Shown piece after piece: positions 8,260 to 16,525 of a stretch of DNA of 64,000 nt. How positions within the stretch are numbered: the first letter of the stretch is position 1; each line of letters opens with the position of its first letter. Below the pieces are notes generated by a model. It ran no database searches, was not told the DNA's origin, and saw nothing but the letters and a program-made list of their open reading frames with translations. Both the position numbers and the translations under genes were made by a program. The stretch comes from Dehalococcoidia bacterium (GTDB lineage Bacteria > Chloroflexota > Dehalococcoidia > Lucifugimonadales > Australimonadaceae). Where the stretch lies: assembly GCA_034422595.1 (NCBI GenBank), contig DAOUJO010000007.1, positions 212,040 through 276,039 on the forward strand, read 5' to 3'.

Positions 8260-9528
8260 ATGAAGATGTTAGGCCGAGCTCTTCTGATGATGGCGCTGAC
8301 GGCAACGCTGGCCCTCGTGGCGTGCGGCGGCGACGATCCGACACCGACCACGGCGCCTCAGCCCACGGCGACGCCGGTCCCCGAACAGGCAACAGCGGCC
8401 CCGGCGCCAGCGGCGACAGCAGCACCTGCGCCGGCGGCGACGCCCACGCCTGTCCCGCCCGGCGTCACACCCCCGCCGACCCCGACGCCGCAGCCGGTTG
8501 CGCAGCCGACCCCCACTCCCCTTCCGCCGCCGGAGACCGATCTGACCGCACACTTCGAGGGCAAGACCGTCCGCTTCATCGTCGGGTTCTCGCCGGGCGG
8601 CGGCTACGACACGATCGGACGCATCTCGGCACGCTTCATCGAGAAGTACCTGCCGGGCAATCCCCCGGTCACCATCAGCAACCTGACCGGCGGTGGCAGC
8701 GTGCGGGCGCTCCAGTTCGTGATGCGTTCGGAGCCGAACGGTCTCACCGTCGGACAGCTGCACCCGCGCTTCGCCATCCGCGAACTGCTCGGCACGGACG
8801 TTCCCGGATTCGATCTGAGAACGGCCACCTTCGTCGCGGCGCCGAACGGCGGCTCCTCGTCGAGCTACGGCTGCATCCGCAAGGAGCTCGCGGACTCGTG
8901 GGAGGACGCGCTCGAGAAAGGCATCGAGTTTAAGGTGGCGAGCTCCGAGCCCGGCGGGACCGCATCCGCGATGCAGTGGGTCCAACTGGTCGGCGGGCCG
9001 GTCAACGTCATCTTCGGGTACGCCGGCACTACGGACAACCTGGCCGCCTTCAACCGGGGCGAGACGAACCTGGTCGTCGAGTGCAGCAGCGACTCGGCGC
9101 GGACCATCTACCCCAACTGGTTCGACGGCGAAACGCTCGTCCCCGTCTACTGGAATAACTTCCCGATCCCCGATGACGAACTGGCCCTGCTCGCCGGGCC
9201 GCAGCCCAGCGAGGTGAGCCAGCTGGCCGGCATCAGCCCCACCCAGGAGCAGATCGACATCCTCCGGCTCAAGAGCTCCCCGAGCCTCAGCACGAACCGG
9301 ATGATGGTGCTGGCGCCGGACACTCCGCGAGACATCCAGAACGCGTGGATCCAGGCAGCGAGGCAGATGTTCGAAGACCCCGAGTTCGTGGCGCTCTCGG
9401 CCGCGGCCGGATATGAGACGGTGCCCGTCTACGAGGACAAGGCGCTGGCGGACTACGGCATCGTGGACACGCTCTCGCCGGCGGGAGTGGAGATGTTCAA
9501 GTCCATCGTCGGCGCCGCAGCCGACTAG
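8260..9528 (+). CDS. tctC: Lipoprotein, Bug/TctC-family tripartite tricarboxylate transporter substrate-binding protein with a long Pro/Thr/Ala linker
   Basis: Lipobox LALVACGG, then an about 65-aa PT/PA-rich linker, then the FIVGFSPGGGYDTIGR motif typical of Bug/TctC. AAAGGAG RBS. Confidence 0.75.
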   Translation: MKMLGRALLMMALTATLALVACGGDDPTPTTAPQPTATPVPEQATAAPAPAATAAPAPAATPTPVPPGVTPPPTPTPQPVAQPTPTPLPPPETDLTAHFEGKTVRFIVGFSPGGGYDTIGRISARFIEKYLPGNPPVTISNLTGGGSVRALQFVMRSEPNGLTVGQLHPRFAIRELLGTDVPGFDLRTATFVAAPNGGSSSSYGCIRKELADSWEDALEKGIEFKVASSEPGGTASAMQWVQLVGGPVNVIFGYAGTTDNLAAFNRGETNLVVECSSDSARTIYPNWFDGETLVPVYWNNFPIPDDELALLAGPQPSEVSQLAGISPTQEQIDILRLKSSPSLSTNRMMVLAPDTPRDIQNAWIQAARQMFEDPEFVALSAAAGYETVPVYEDKALADYGIVDTLSPAGVEMFKSIVGAAAD

Positions 9529-9558
9529 ACAGAGATACCGGAACGAAGGGAGGCCGAC

Positions 9559-10881
9559 ATGCTGAGCGTTGAAGAGAACGAACTGATGACCGATATCTCA
9601 CCGGGGACGCCGATGGGCAACCTGGTGCGGCGCTACTGGATACCCGTCATGCTGTCGGAGGAGCTTCCCGAACCCGACGGCAACCCGATGCGGGTGCGCC
9701 TGCTGTGCGAGGACCTCGTCATCTTCCGGGACTCGTCCGGACGCGTGGGGCTGCTCCCTGAGCGCTGCCCGCACCGGCGCGCCTCGCTCTACCTCGGCAG
9801 GAACGAGGATGACGGCCTCCGCTGCATCTACCACGGTTGGAAGTTCGACGTCACCGGCCGCTGCGTCGACATGCCGAACGAGCCGGAGGTGAGCACGTTC
9901 AAGGAGAAGATCAGGCCGTCCGCGTACCCGTGCAGGGAAGCGGCGGGGATGATCTGGGCGTACATGGGCCCGCGCGCCGAGCCGCCGCCGCTCCCCCACT
10001 TCGAGTGGATGGACGTGCCGGAGGAGCAGCGCCAGCTGGCGTCGTTCCATCGCGGATGCAACTGGGTGCAGGCGCTCGAGGGCGACATCGACACGAGCCA
10101 CTCCGGCTTCCTGCACGGCGTGCTGGAGCGCACCGCCGACGCCGTCCACACCTGGCGGAAGGAGCACCCTCCCCTCCTCGACGTCGTCACCACGCGGTAC
10201 GGCATGATGTACGGCGGACGGTACGGCGACATCGATGCCCGGCAGGCCGACAGCGGCACGGCGTCGACCTACTGGCGGGTGAGCAACTTCCTCTTCCCGT
10301 TCTACACGTTCTTCCCCAGCCGCCCCAACGGGCTCGTGCCCGGTCACATCTGGGTGCCGCAGGACAACCACAACACGATGGTGTGGTCGGTGGGCTGGAA
10401 CCCGGTGCGCGAGCTCGAACAGAGCGGAGCGTGGCGGGCGCGCTCCGGCGCGATGGTCGGCGAGTACGAGCCTGAGTCCGCCGACGGCATGGGCCGCTGG
10501 CGCCCGAAGGCGAACTGGTACAACGACTACCTGCAGGACCGAGATGCCCAGCGGACGGACACGTTCACCGGCATCCCCACCATCCCGCTGCAGGACCAGG
10601 CGGTCACCGAGACGATGGGGTCGATAACCGACCGCTCCCACGAGCACCTTGGCCAGTCCGACGCGGCCATCATCCGGATGCGGCGGCGCCTGCTCGGCGC
10701 GGTGAAGGCGCTGCGCGACGACGACGTCGAGCCGCCCTGCGTCGACACGCCCGAGTGGTACCACATACGTTCGGCGTCGGGGACGATGCCGGCGGACGCC
10801 GACTGGATCGAGGAGCTCGGCGACTGGATGGACGCGCGCACGCTGGAGATCCCCGGCGTGGGGCTGCCGTCGCCAGTTTAG
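9559..10881 (+). CDS. Rieske [2Fe-2S] aromatic ring-hydroxylating/demethylating oxygenase alpha subunit (phthalate-family type)
   Basis: Rieske motif CPHRRASLYLGRNEDDGLRCIYHGWKF. N-terminal TPMGNLVRRYWIP box. GGGAGG RBS. Confidence 0.85.
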   Translation: MLSVEENELMTDISPGTPMGNLVRRYWIPVMLSEELPEPDGNPMRVRLLCEDLVIFRDSSGRVGLLPERCPHRRASLYLGRNEDDGLRCIYHGWKFDVTGRCVDMPNEPEVSTFKEKIRPSAYPCREAAGMIWAYMGPRAEPPPLPHFEWMDVPEEQRQLASFHRGCNWVQALEGDIDTSHSGFLHGVLERTADAVHTWRKEHPPLLDVVTTRYGMMYGGRYGDIDARQADSGTASTYWRVSNFLFPFYTFFPSRPNGLVPGHIWVPQDNHNTMVWSVGWNPVRELEQSGAWRARSGAMVGEYEPESADGMGRWRPKANWYNDYLQDRDAQRTDTFTGIPTIPLQDQAVTETMGSITDRSHEHLGQSDAAIIRMRRRLLGAVKALRDDDVEPPCVDTPEWYHIRSASGTMPADADWIEELGDWMDARTLEIPGVGLPSPV

Positions 10882-10899
10882 GAGCTGTGCGGCTCGACG

Positions 10900-10927
10900 G
10901 ACTCGACAGGCTCACCGCGAACGAACG
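10900..10927. repeat. TCGACAGGCTC-type REP-like intergenic repeat, copy 3
   Basis: GACTCGACAGGCTCACCGCGAACGAACG. Confidence 0.5.
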
Positions 10928-11026
10928 CGCTGCCCCTTCCAAGGCGGCGCGTTCCCGTTTCGCCGGAACAGGAAGAGCATGACACGTCATCCTGATGAAT
11001 AGTCCCATGCCGATGGAGGCCAGCCT

Positions 11027-11542
11027 GTGGACATCGTGATACGGCCCGAGACACCTGCCGATCTCCCCGCGGTCCAGGAGGTCATCGACCTGGCCTTCCC
11101 GGACGAGGACGTGAACGGATTGGCGGAAGCGTTGCGGGGGTCCGCAGAGTACATCCCTGAACTGGCCCTGGTGGCAGTGTGCGATGGGGTTGTGATCGGC
11201 CACATCATGTTCACCACCTCCCACATCGACGATGGGGACGAGTCCGTTCCCGCCCTGACGTTGGGGCCGCTGTCGGTGCTACCCGCAAAACAGCGGCAGG
11301 GAGTGGGATCCCAACTGGTCGAACACGGCCTCTCGGTCTGCCGGCGGCTGGGACATCGGATCGTCGTGCTCATCGGTCATCCGACGTACTACCCTCGCTT
11401 CGGTTTCGTGCAAGCCGGGCCGCTTGGCATTGAGGTGCCGCTCGCCATGTCCGAAGAGAGCCAGATGGTCCTGGCGCTCACGCCGGGAACCCTGGACGGC
11501 GTGCGAGGCCTCGTGCGGTTCTCGCCGGTTGTCTACATGTGA
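11027..11542 (+). CDS. GNAT-family N-acetyltransferase
   Basis: 171 aa. Acetyl-CoA motif QRQGVGSQLV. GTG start with GGAGG 8 nt upstream. Confidence 0.75.
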   Translation: MDIVIRPETPADLPAVQEVIDLAFPDEDVNGLAEALRGSAEYIPELALVAVCDGVVIGHIMFTTSHIDDGDESVPALTLGPLSVLPAKQRQGVGSQLVEHGLSVCRRLGHRIVVLIGHPTYYPRFGFVQAGPLGIEVPLAMSEESQMVLALTPGTLDGVRGLVRFSPVVYM

Positions 11543-11559
11543 CCTGGCGGTCACCCTGG

Positions 11560-11586
11560 ATCTCAGCTTTCGCTGGCATGACGGGG
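11560..11586. repeat. AFAGMT-type hairpin repeat, degenerate copy
   Basis: ATCTCAGCTTTCGCTGGCATGACGGGG (reads ISAFAGMTG in one frame). Related to 14945..14975. Confidence 0.5.
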
Positions 11587-11602
11587 CGTAAGGCCCATCG
11601 GG

Positions 11603-11608
11603 TACAAT
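11603..11608 (+). promoter_or_regulatory. Candidate -10 box TACAAT upstream of UbiD-2
   Basis: GGGTACAATCG, 25 nt before ATG 11633. AAGGAGGA RBS lies between. Confidence 0.45.
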
Positions 11609-11632
11609 CGCGCGGGACAGAAGGAGGACGAC

Positions 11633-13114
11633 ATGCCAGTGCAGGACCTGCGAGAGTGGATCGGGCGCATCGAGGAGATGGGCGAGCTGACCCGCATCGA
11701 GGGCGCCGACCCGAACCTCGAGATCGGCGGGCTCACCGACCTCTACCAGTGGGACATGGAGAACCCCGCCCTGCTCTTCGAGAAGATCAAGGGCCACCCG
11801 GAGAGCTACCGGCTCATCTCGAACGTCCTCACGTCGCTGCCGCGCATCTGCCTGAGCCTCGACCTCCCGACGCACCTCACGCGGCAGGAGTTCGTCCGGA
11901 CGTGGCGCGACCGGCTCAAGGAGTTCTCGCCCATCGCGCCGAGGCAGGTCGAGGACGGGCCCGTGCTCGACAACCGGCAGGTCGACGCCGACGTGGACGT
12001 GACGCAGTTCCCCGCGCCGTTCTGGCACGCCGAGGACGGCGGCAACTTCCTCGGCACCGGCAACATCGTCATCATGCGCGACCCGGAGACCGGCTGGGTG
12101 AACGCGGGCACATACCGGGTGCAGGTGCATGACAGCAAGACGCTCGGCATCATGATCTCGCCCGGGAAGCACGGACGCCTCATCCGCGAGAAGTACTGGG
12201 CGAAGGGCGAGGCGTGCCCGGTCGCGGTGTCGTTCGGGCAGGACCCGCTGCTGCTGCTGCTCGGCGGGCTGGAGGTCGACTACGGCGAGGACGAGTTCGC
12301 GGTCGCGGGCGGCATCCGCAACGAGGCGCTGGACGTCGTCGCCGCGCCGCTGACCGGCCTGCCCGTCCCCGCGACGTCGGAGATCGTCATCGAGGGCGAG
12401 ATACCGCCGGACCAGTTCCACCAGGAGGGTCCGTTCGGCGAGTGGACGGGCTACTACGCGAGCGGCGAGCGCGACATGCCCATCATCAACGTGAAGTCCA
12501 TCAACTGGCGGAACGACCCCATCGTGATGGGCTGCCTGCCGGGCAAGCCGCCGAACGACAACACGTACTTCCGCAGCCCGCTGCGCGCGGCGATGCTCTG
12601 GAACGAGCTGGAGCGCGCGGGCGTGCCGGGAGTCGTCGGCGCGTGGTCGCACGAGGCCGGCGGCGGGCGCTTCCTGAACGTCATCTCCATCAAGCAGATG
12701 TACCCCGGCCATGCGAAGCAGGTGGGGCACGCGACGACCGCCGTGCACGCGGGCGCTTACGCCAACCGGTTCGTCATCGTGGTCGATGACGACATCGACC
12801 CCACCGACACGAACGAGGTGCTGTGGGCGCTCTGCACGCGCACCGAGGTGACGGACGACATCGACGTCGTGAAGCGGATGTGGAGCACGTCGCTCGACCC
12901 GATGGCGTACGCCGGCGACGAGGGCCCGCGCTACTACAACAACCGCATGATCATCGATGCCTGCCGCCCCTTCGAGCGCCTCGCGACGTTCCCGCCGGTC
13001 GCCCGCGCGACGCAGGAGCACGCCGCCGAGCTCCGCTCCAACTGGCCGCAGCTCTTCACTGCCGACGGCAAGGTCCGCAAGGACGTGCGCCAGGTGAGGA
13101 GGAACGGGGGATAG
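11633..13114 (+). CDS. UbiD-family (prFMN-dependent) decarboxylase, second paralogue
   Basis: 493 aa. N-terminus DLREWIGRIEEMGELTRIEGADP is UbiD-like. AAGGAGGA RBS and a TACAAT -10 box upstream. Confidence 0.85.
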   Translation: MPVQDLREWIGRIEEMGELTRIEGADPNLEIGGLTDLYQWDMENPALLFEKIKGHPESYRLISNVLTSLPRICLSLDLPTHLTRQEFVRTWRDRLKEFSPIAPRQVEDGPVLDNRQVDADVDVTQFPAPFWHAEDGGNFLGTGNIVIMRDPETGWVNAGTYRVQVHDSKTLGIMISPGKHGRLIREKYWAKGEACPVAVSFGQDPLLLLLGGLEVDYGEDEFAVAGGIRNEALDVVAAPLTGLPVPATSEIVIEGEIPPDQFHQEGPFGEWTGYYASGERDMPIINVKSINWRNDPIVMGCLPGKPPNDNTYFRSPLRAAMLWNELERAGVPGVVGAWSHEAGGGRFLNVISIKQMYPGHAKQVGHATTAVHAGAYANRFVIVVDDDIDPTDTNEVLWALCTRTEVTDDIDVVKRMWSTSLDPMAYAGDEGPRYYNNRMIIDACRPFERLATFPPVARATQEHAAELRSNWPQLFTADGKVRKDVRQVRRNGG

Positions 13115-13116
13115 AG

Positions 13117-13431
13117 GTGCCGCCTCTTAAGCCAGACCACATAAGCCCAACGCCGGAAGAATCGGCCGCCATTGAAGCCGCCATTGCCGGTGACCCAGAC
13201 ACCTGGGAAGCAACCGGTCCGCTGGTTCCCATCGCAAAAGCCGACCCTGAACTCCTCGCGATGTACCACGAGGGCAAGCTGACCATCGCGCCCTACCTCC
13301 GCAAGGAGCACCCCAAGACCCGCGTGACGATCCGCCTCGACGCTGATGTCGTGGCCCGGCTCCGCGTAGACGGCCCCGGCTGGCAGACCCGCGCGAACGC
13401 CGCACTCCGCGAGGCCGTGCTAGGGAAGTAG
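13117..13431 (+). CDS. BrnA/DUF4415-family antitoxin-like protein (no BrnT partner seen)
   Basis: GTG 13117 lies 2 nt after the UbiD stop. The C-terminus TRVTIRLDADVVARLRVDGPGWQTRANAALREAVL matches the DUF4415/BrnA pattern (vTiRLD..v...f...G.GyQTriN..Lr). Confidence 0.65.
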   Translation: MPPLKPDHISPTPEESAAIEAAIAGDPDTWEATGPLVPIAKADPELLAMYHEGKLTIAPYLRKEHPKTRVTIRLDADVVARLRVDGPGWQTRANAALREAVLGK

Positions 13432-13457
13432 GGATCTTACTTTTGGAAGGAACTTAC

Positions 13458-14912
13458 GTGGGAATACGAATACAACCGAGAGAGCTCCAAGTATCTGACG
13501 ATAGCCCATTCGAAAAGGACCTCCTCAGTCGCAACGATGCCATCGAGGTTCTCAGTCACATAATTCAAAACATCGAAGGGCCTTGCGTCATTGCGTTAGA
13601 TGCGCCCTGGGGAACGGGGAAGTCCACTTTCTTAGAGATGTGGAAGAAGTACCTAGGGAATCGCGGTTTTCCTGTGGTTAAGTTCAATGCTTGGGAAACA
13701 GATTTCGCTGAGGATCCCTTTATTGCCCTTACTGCAGAATTGACTGATGGTATACAAGAACATATGCCTCGCAGGAAAAAGGTGATAGTTAATCGACTGA
13801 GGGCACAGGCTGAGAGAATTCTACTGACCACGAGTTCGAATGTTATCAAGAATGTGACGCAAGGAATAGTTGACCCTGCGGCAATCATAGCAAAAAGCGA
13901 GACTAACTCCGAGTCGAAGTCGAGGATCGCAAATTATCGCGACCTGAAGGCCTATTTCTCTGAGTTCAGACAATCCTTACAGGATGCCGCGAATGCTCTC
14001 CGGCCAACCAGGGACACTCCTCCGTTAGTTGTTATAGTCGATGAACTTGACAGATGCCGGCCTTCTTACGCTGTTGAATTGCTAGAGGTAGCCAAACACC
14101 TGTTCTCAGTAGATGAGATAATCTTCGTGCTCGCTATCAACCGGTCAGAGTTGTCCCACTCCGTAAGGGTTGTATACGGGAGCCGTTTTGACGCCGAATC
14201 CTACTTGCGCAGATTCTTCGATATAGATTTCCTTCTCCCTGACCCTGACCGACAAGATTTTATCACGGCGATGATTGATGAAGTCGGCATTAGTTCCTAT
14301 TTTGAACGTACCGCAGACCGTAGAGCATCCTTCGAACGAGACTCCATACAAGACTATCTTGTGAAGTATTTCAATACATCCGACCTCAGTTTGCGGAGTA
14401 TCGCGCAGTCTATTCATCACTTCGGTTTGGTTTACGCTTCACTTGCAAGCGATCAGCGCTCATTCATTACAATGGCTACAGTTGCCTTGATTCTGCGGAC
14501 GATGAATATTGACCTCTATCGCCGTTTCGTTGAGCACCGAGCATCTGACAAGGACGTAGTCGACTATCTAATTGAAAACAGGAAACCAAATCGTTTCGTT
14601 GTCGATAGATCGGATGCACAGTTTGAGGCATTGCTCATAGCTGCTGGCCAAGAAGATAACAATTGGGCGTTCAAGGAATTTGACGCATCTCCCTTGCTCA
14701 TCCATTACAAGGCATTGATAGCTGCGTCTCCATCTCAGGACGATTCCCGTGACCCAGTTGTGGGTTATGCTAGGGCAGTAGTCGAGCTAGCAACTAGGTT
14801 CTTAACCTCCCATAGGCATGAACCAACCTTCGGGTTTCGCCATGCAACACAACGCATTGAACTTATATCGCGTGGTCTTTTGGACCAACAAAATGACGAC
14901 AACTCTTGCTAG
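13458..14912 (+). CDS. KAP-family P-loop NTPase (soluble variant, no TM insert)
   Basis: Walker A DAPWGTGKSTFL, KAP-typical FNAWETDF, and Walker B VVIVDELDRCRP. GTG 13458 has GGAAGG 7 nt upstream; the ORF-track TTG 13443 is an alternative start. Strongly low GC. Confidence 0.85.
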   Translation: MGIRIQPRELQVSDDSPFEKDLLSRNDAIEVLSHIIQNIEGPCVIALDAPWGTGKSTFLEMWKKYLGNRGFPVVKFNAWETDFAEDPFIALTAELTDGIQEHMPRRKKVIVNRLRAQAERILLTTSSNVIKNVTQGIVDPAAIIAKSETNSESKSRIANYRDLKAYFSEFRQSLQDAANALRPTRDTPPLVVIVDELDRCRPSYAVELLEVAKHLFSVDEIIFVLAINRSELSHSVRVVYGSRFDAESYLRRFFDIDFLLPDPDRQDFITAMIDEVGISSYFERTADRRASFERDSIQDYLVKYFNTSDLSLRSIAQSIHHFGLVYASLASDQRSFITMATVALILRTMNIDLYRRFVEHRASDKDVVDYLIENRKPNRFVVDRSDAQFEALLIAAGQEDNNWAFKEFDASPLLIHYKALIAASPSQDDSRDPVVGYARAVVELATRFLTSHRHEPTFGFRHATQRIELISRGLLDQQNDDNSC

Positions 14913-14944
14913 CCCATGCCTCACTGTGTGGCCCATCGCCCACG

Positions 14945-14975
14945 CTGGATTCCCGCCTTCGCGGGAATGACGAGG
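14945..14975. repeat. IPAFAGMT-type hairpin repeat between convergent genes (possible bidirectional terminator)
   Basis: CTGGATTCCCGCCTTCGCGGGAATGACGAGG. Stem ATTCCCGC/GCGGGAAT spans 14949..14968. Confidence 0.6.
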
Positions 14976-14987
14976 TTGAGGAGCCCC

Positions 14988-15731
14988 CTAGATGTCCGCC
15001 GACCGCGGCCTGAGTGACTCCGGGTTGGCGTCGACCCACTTCCAGTAGTGCTCCCACGCCTCGGAGACTTCACCGGCGGAGCGGCGGGCGAGGCCGGGCC
15101 GGAGGACGAGCTCGGGCATCGCCTCGGGCGTGCCGATCAATTGGGCGTGCCACGTCATCTCGGCCAGGTGCTCGGTCGCGATGGCGTCGATCGTGGCGGT
15201 CTCGACGTTCGGGCCGGTAAAGACCATGCCATGGTTCTGCAGGTGGCAGGCGTTCGCACCCTGCATCCGCTCGGAGACCGCCCTGCCCTGCTCGACGCTG
15301 CGTATCAGCGCCTTGTCCTCGTCGTACATGACAGGCTCGTGCGCGACGGCGGTCGCGAGCTCGGGGTCGAGGAGCGGGAGGATGGTCGCGCCCGCGAGGC
15401 CCATCATCGTCGCCCACTTCTGGTGGGTGTGGATGATGGAGCCGACGTCCGGGTGCGTGCGGTAGATCTCGGCGTGTATCGGCCACTCGCTGACCTTCGT
15501 GATCTGGCGGTCGCCGGCGCCGACGATGTTGCCGTCGAGGTCCATGACGATGAGGTCCTCGGCGCGGACGCGGTGCATCTGGATGTGGGGCCACGGCTTG
15601 ATGAAGAAGGTGTCGGTGTCCGGGATGCGCGCGCTGGTGTGGCCGCGCGTGGTGCCGAGTCCGGTGAGGTAGAGGAGGCGGTGGGAGACGGCCACCGTCT
15701 CGCGCAGGGCTGCGAGTGCGTCGTCGGTCAT
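14988..15731 (-). CDS. Class II aldolase/adducin-domain protein
   Basis: Internal ATG 15731 (MTDDALAALRETVAVSHRLLY...) is chosen. The upstream 63 codons of the ORF are Arg-rich shadow overlapping the next gene. HTHQKW metal-site motif. Confidence 0.8.
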   Translation of the reverse strand: MTDDALAALRETVAVSHRLLYLTGLGTTRGHTSARIPDTDTFFIKPWPHIQMHRVRAEDLIVMDLDGNIVGAGDRQITKVSEWPIHAEIYRTHPDVGSIIHTHQKWATMMGLAGATILPLLDPELATAVAHEPVMYDEDKALIRSVEQGRAVSERMQGANACHLQNHGMVFTGPNVETATIDAIATEHLAEMTWHAQLIGTPEAMPELVLRPGLARRSAGEVSEAWEHYWKWVDANPESLRPRSADI

Positions 15732-15733
15732 GG

Positions 15734-16501
15734 CTACAGCCCCGTGTGGCGGACGTAGGCGGCGTCGCGGTGCTCGTCGAGCCACTCCTGGTTGCCCCAC
15801 TCGCCGCGGGCGACGCCGTCGCGCACGTCGGGCTTCGGCGTCTCCCAGCGCTTCGCGACGTCGGCGGCGAGGTACTCCTCCTCGATCCACTCCGGCGTGC
15901 CGACGAGCATCGCGCGCCACGTCAGCTCAGCCTGCTCCTCGGCATCGGCGGCGGCGAGCATCGACTTCGAGACCGTCGTGCCGACGAACACCATGCCGTG
16001 CCCGCGCAAGTGGCAGGCGACGTTCCCGCCGAGCCACGAGGCGACGGCGGCGCCTTTCTCCGGCGAGTCGATAGCGTCCGGCGTGCCGGTGTAGACCGGC
16101 CACCGCTCCGCTGCAACGGACGCCGTCGGGGGGTGGATGACGGGCAGCACGTCGTGTCCGGCAAGGCCGAACACGGTGCACCACTTCTGGTGCGTGTGCG
16201 TGACGGCGTTCACCTCGGGCCGCGCCTTGTAGATCTCCGTGTGCAGCGCCCACGAGCCGACGCGCCCGGGATAGGCCTCGCTCGCCTGCACGAGGTTGCC
16301 GTCGAGGTCGATGAGCATGAGGTCGTCCGCCTCGACGCGCTCGAGGCTGACGCTGGGCGTCGCGCGGATGAGGACGAGGTCGGAGTCCGGCACGCGCGCG
16401 CTCACGTGTCCCTGGTACGCGCCGAGGCCGTAGTGGTGCAGCAGCCGGTTGGCCAGCGCCACCTGCTCGCGCAACGCCTGGAGTTGAGCGTCGTCCGCCA
16501 T
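15734..16501 (-). CDS. Class II aldolase/adducin-domain protein (paralogue)
   Basis: Internal ATG 16501 (MADDAQLQALREQVALANRLLH...). THTHQKW motif. The upstream part of the ORF runs through a hairpin repeat and is rejected. Confidence 0.8.
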   Translation of the reverse strand: MADDAQLQALREQVALANRLLHHYGLGAYQGHVSARVPDSDLVLIRATPSVSLERVEADDLMLIDLDGNLVQASEAYPGRVGSWALHTEIYKARPEVNAVTHTHQKWCTVFGLAGHDVLPVIHPPTASVAAERWPVYTGTPDAIDSPEKGAAVASWLGGNVACHLRGHGMVFVGTTVSKSMLAAADAEEQAELTWRAMLVGTPEWIEEEYLAADVAKRWETPKPDVRDGVARGEWGNQEWLDEHRDAAYVRHTGL

Positions 16502-16525
16502 GGCGCGGATGCTACCACAGGCCAT

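Larger units (their letters stand above)
13435..14985. other. Compositional (low-GC) island 1
   Basis: The 60-nt lines I counted are about 43-47% G+C, against above 60% in the flanks. The switch begins within a few nt of the BrnA-like stop. The island ends at the hairpin repeat before the convergent aldolase gene. Confidence 0.7.

Noticed and set aside
8320-8540. GC-rich repetitive DNA considered as a CRISPR array or non-coding tandem repeat
   Set aside because: It is in frame inside the TctC-like gene and encodes a Pro/Thr/Ala linker. There is no repeat-spacer architecture. The same applies to 47200..47330.
13117-13431. Search for a BrnT (DUF497) toxin partner of the BrnA-like gene
   Set aside because: The upstream neighbour is the UbiD gene, which ends 2 nt before. 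No small ORF with a BrnT-like sequence exists on either side, so the gene is treated as an orphan or re-partnered antitoxin.
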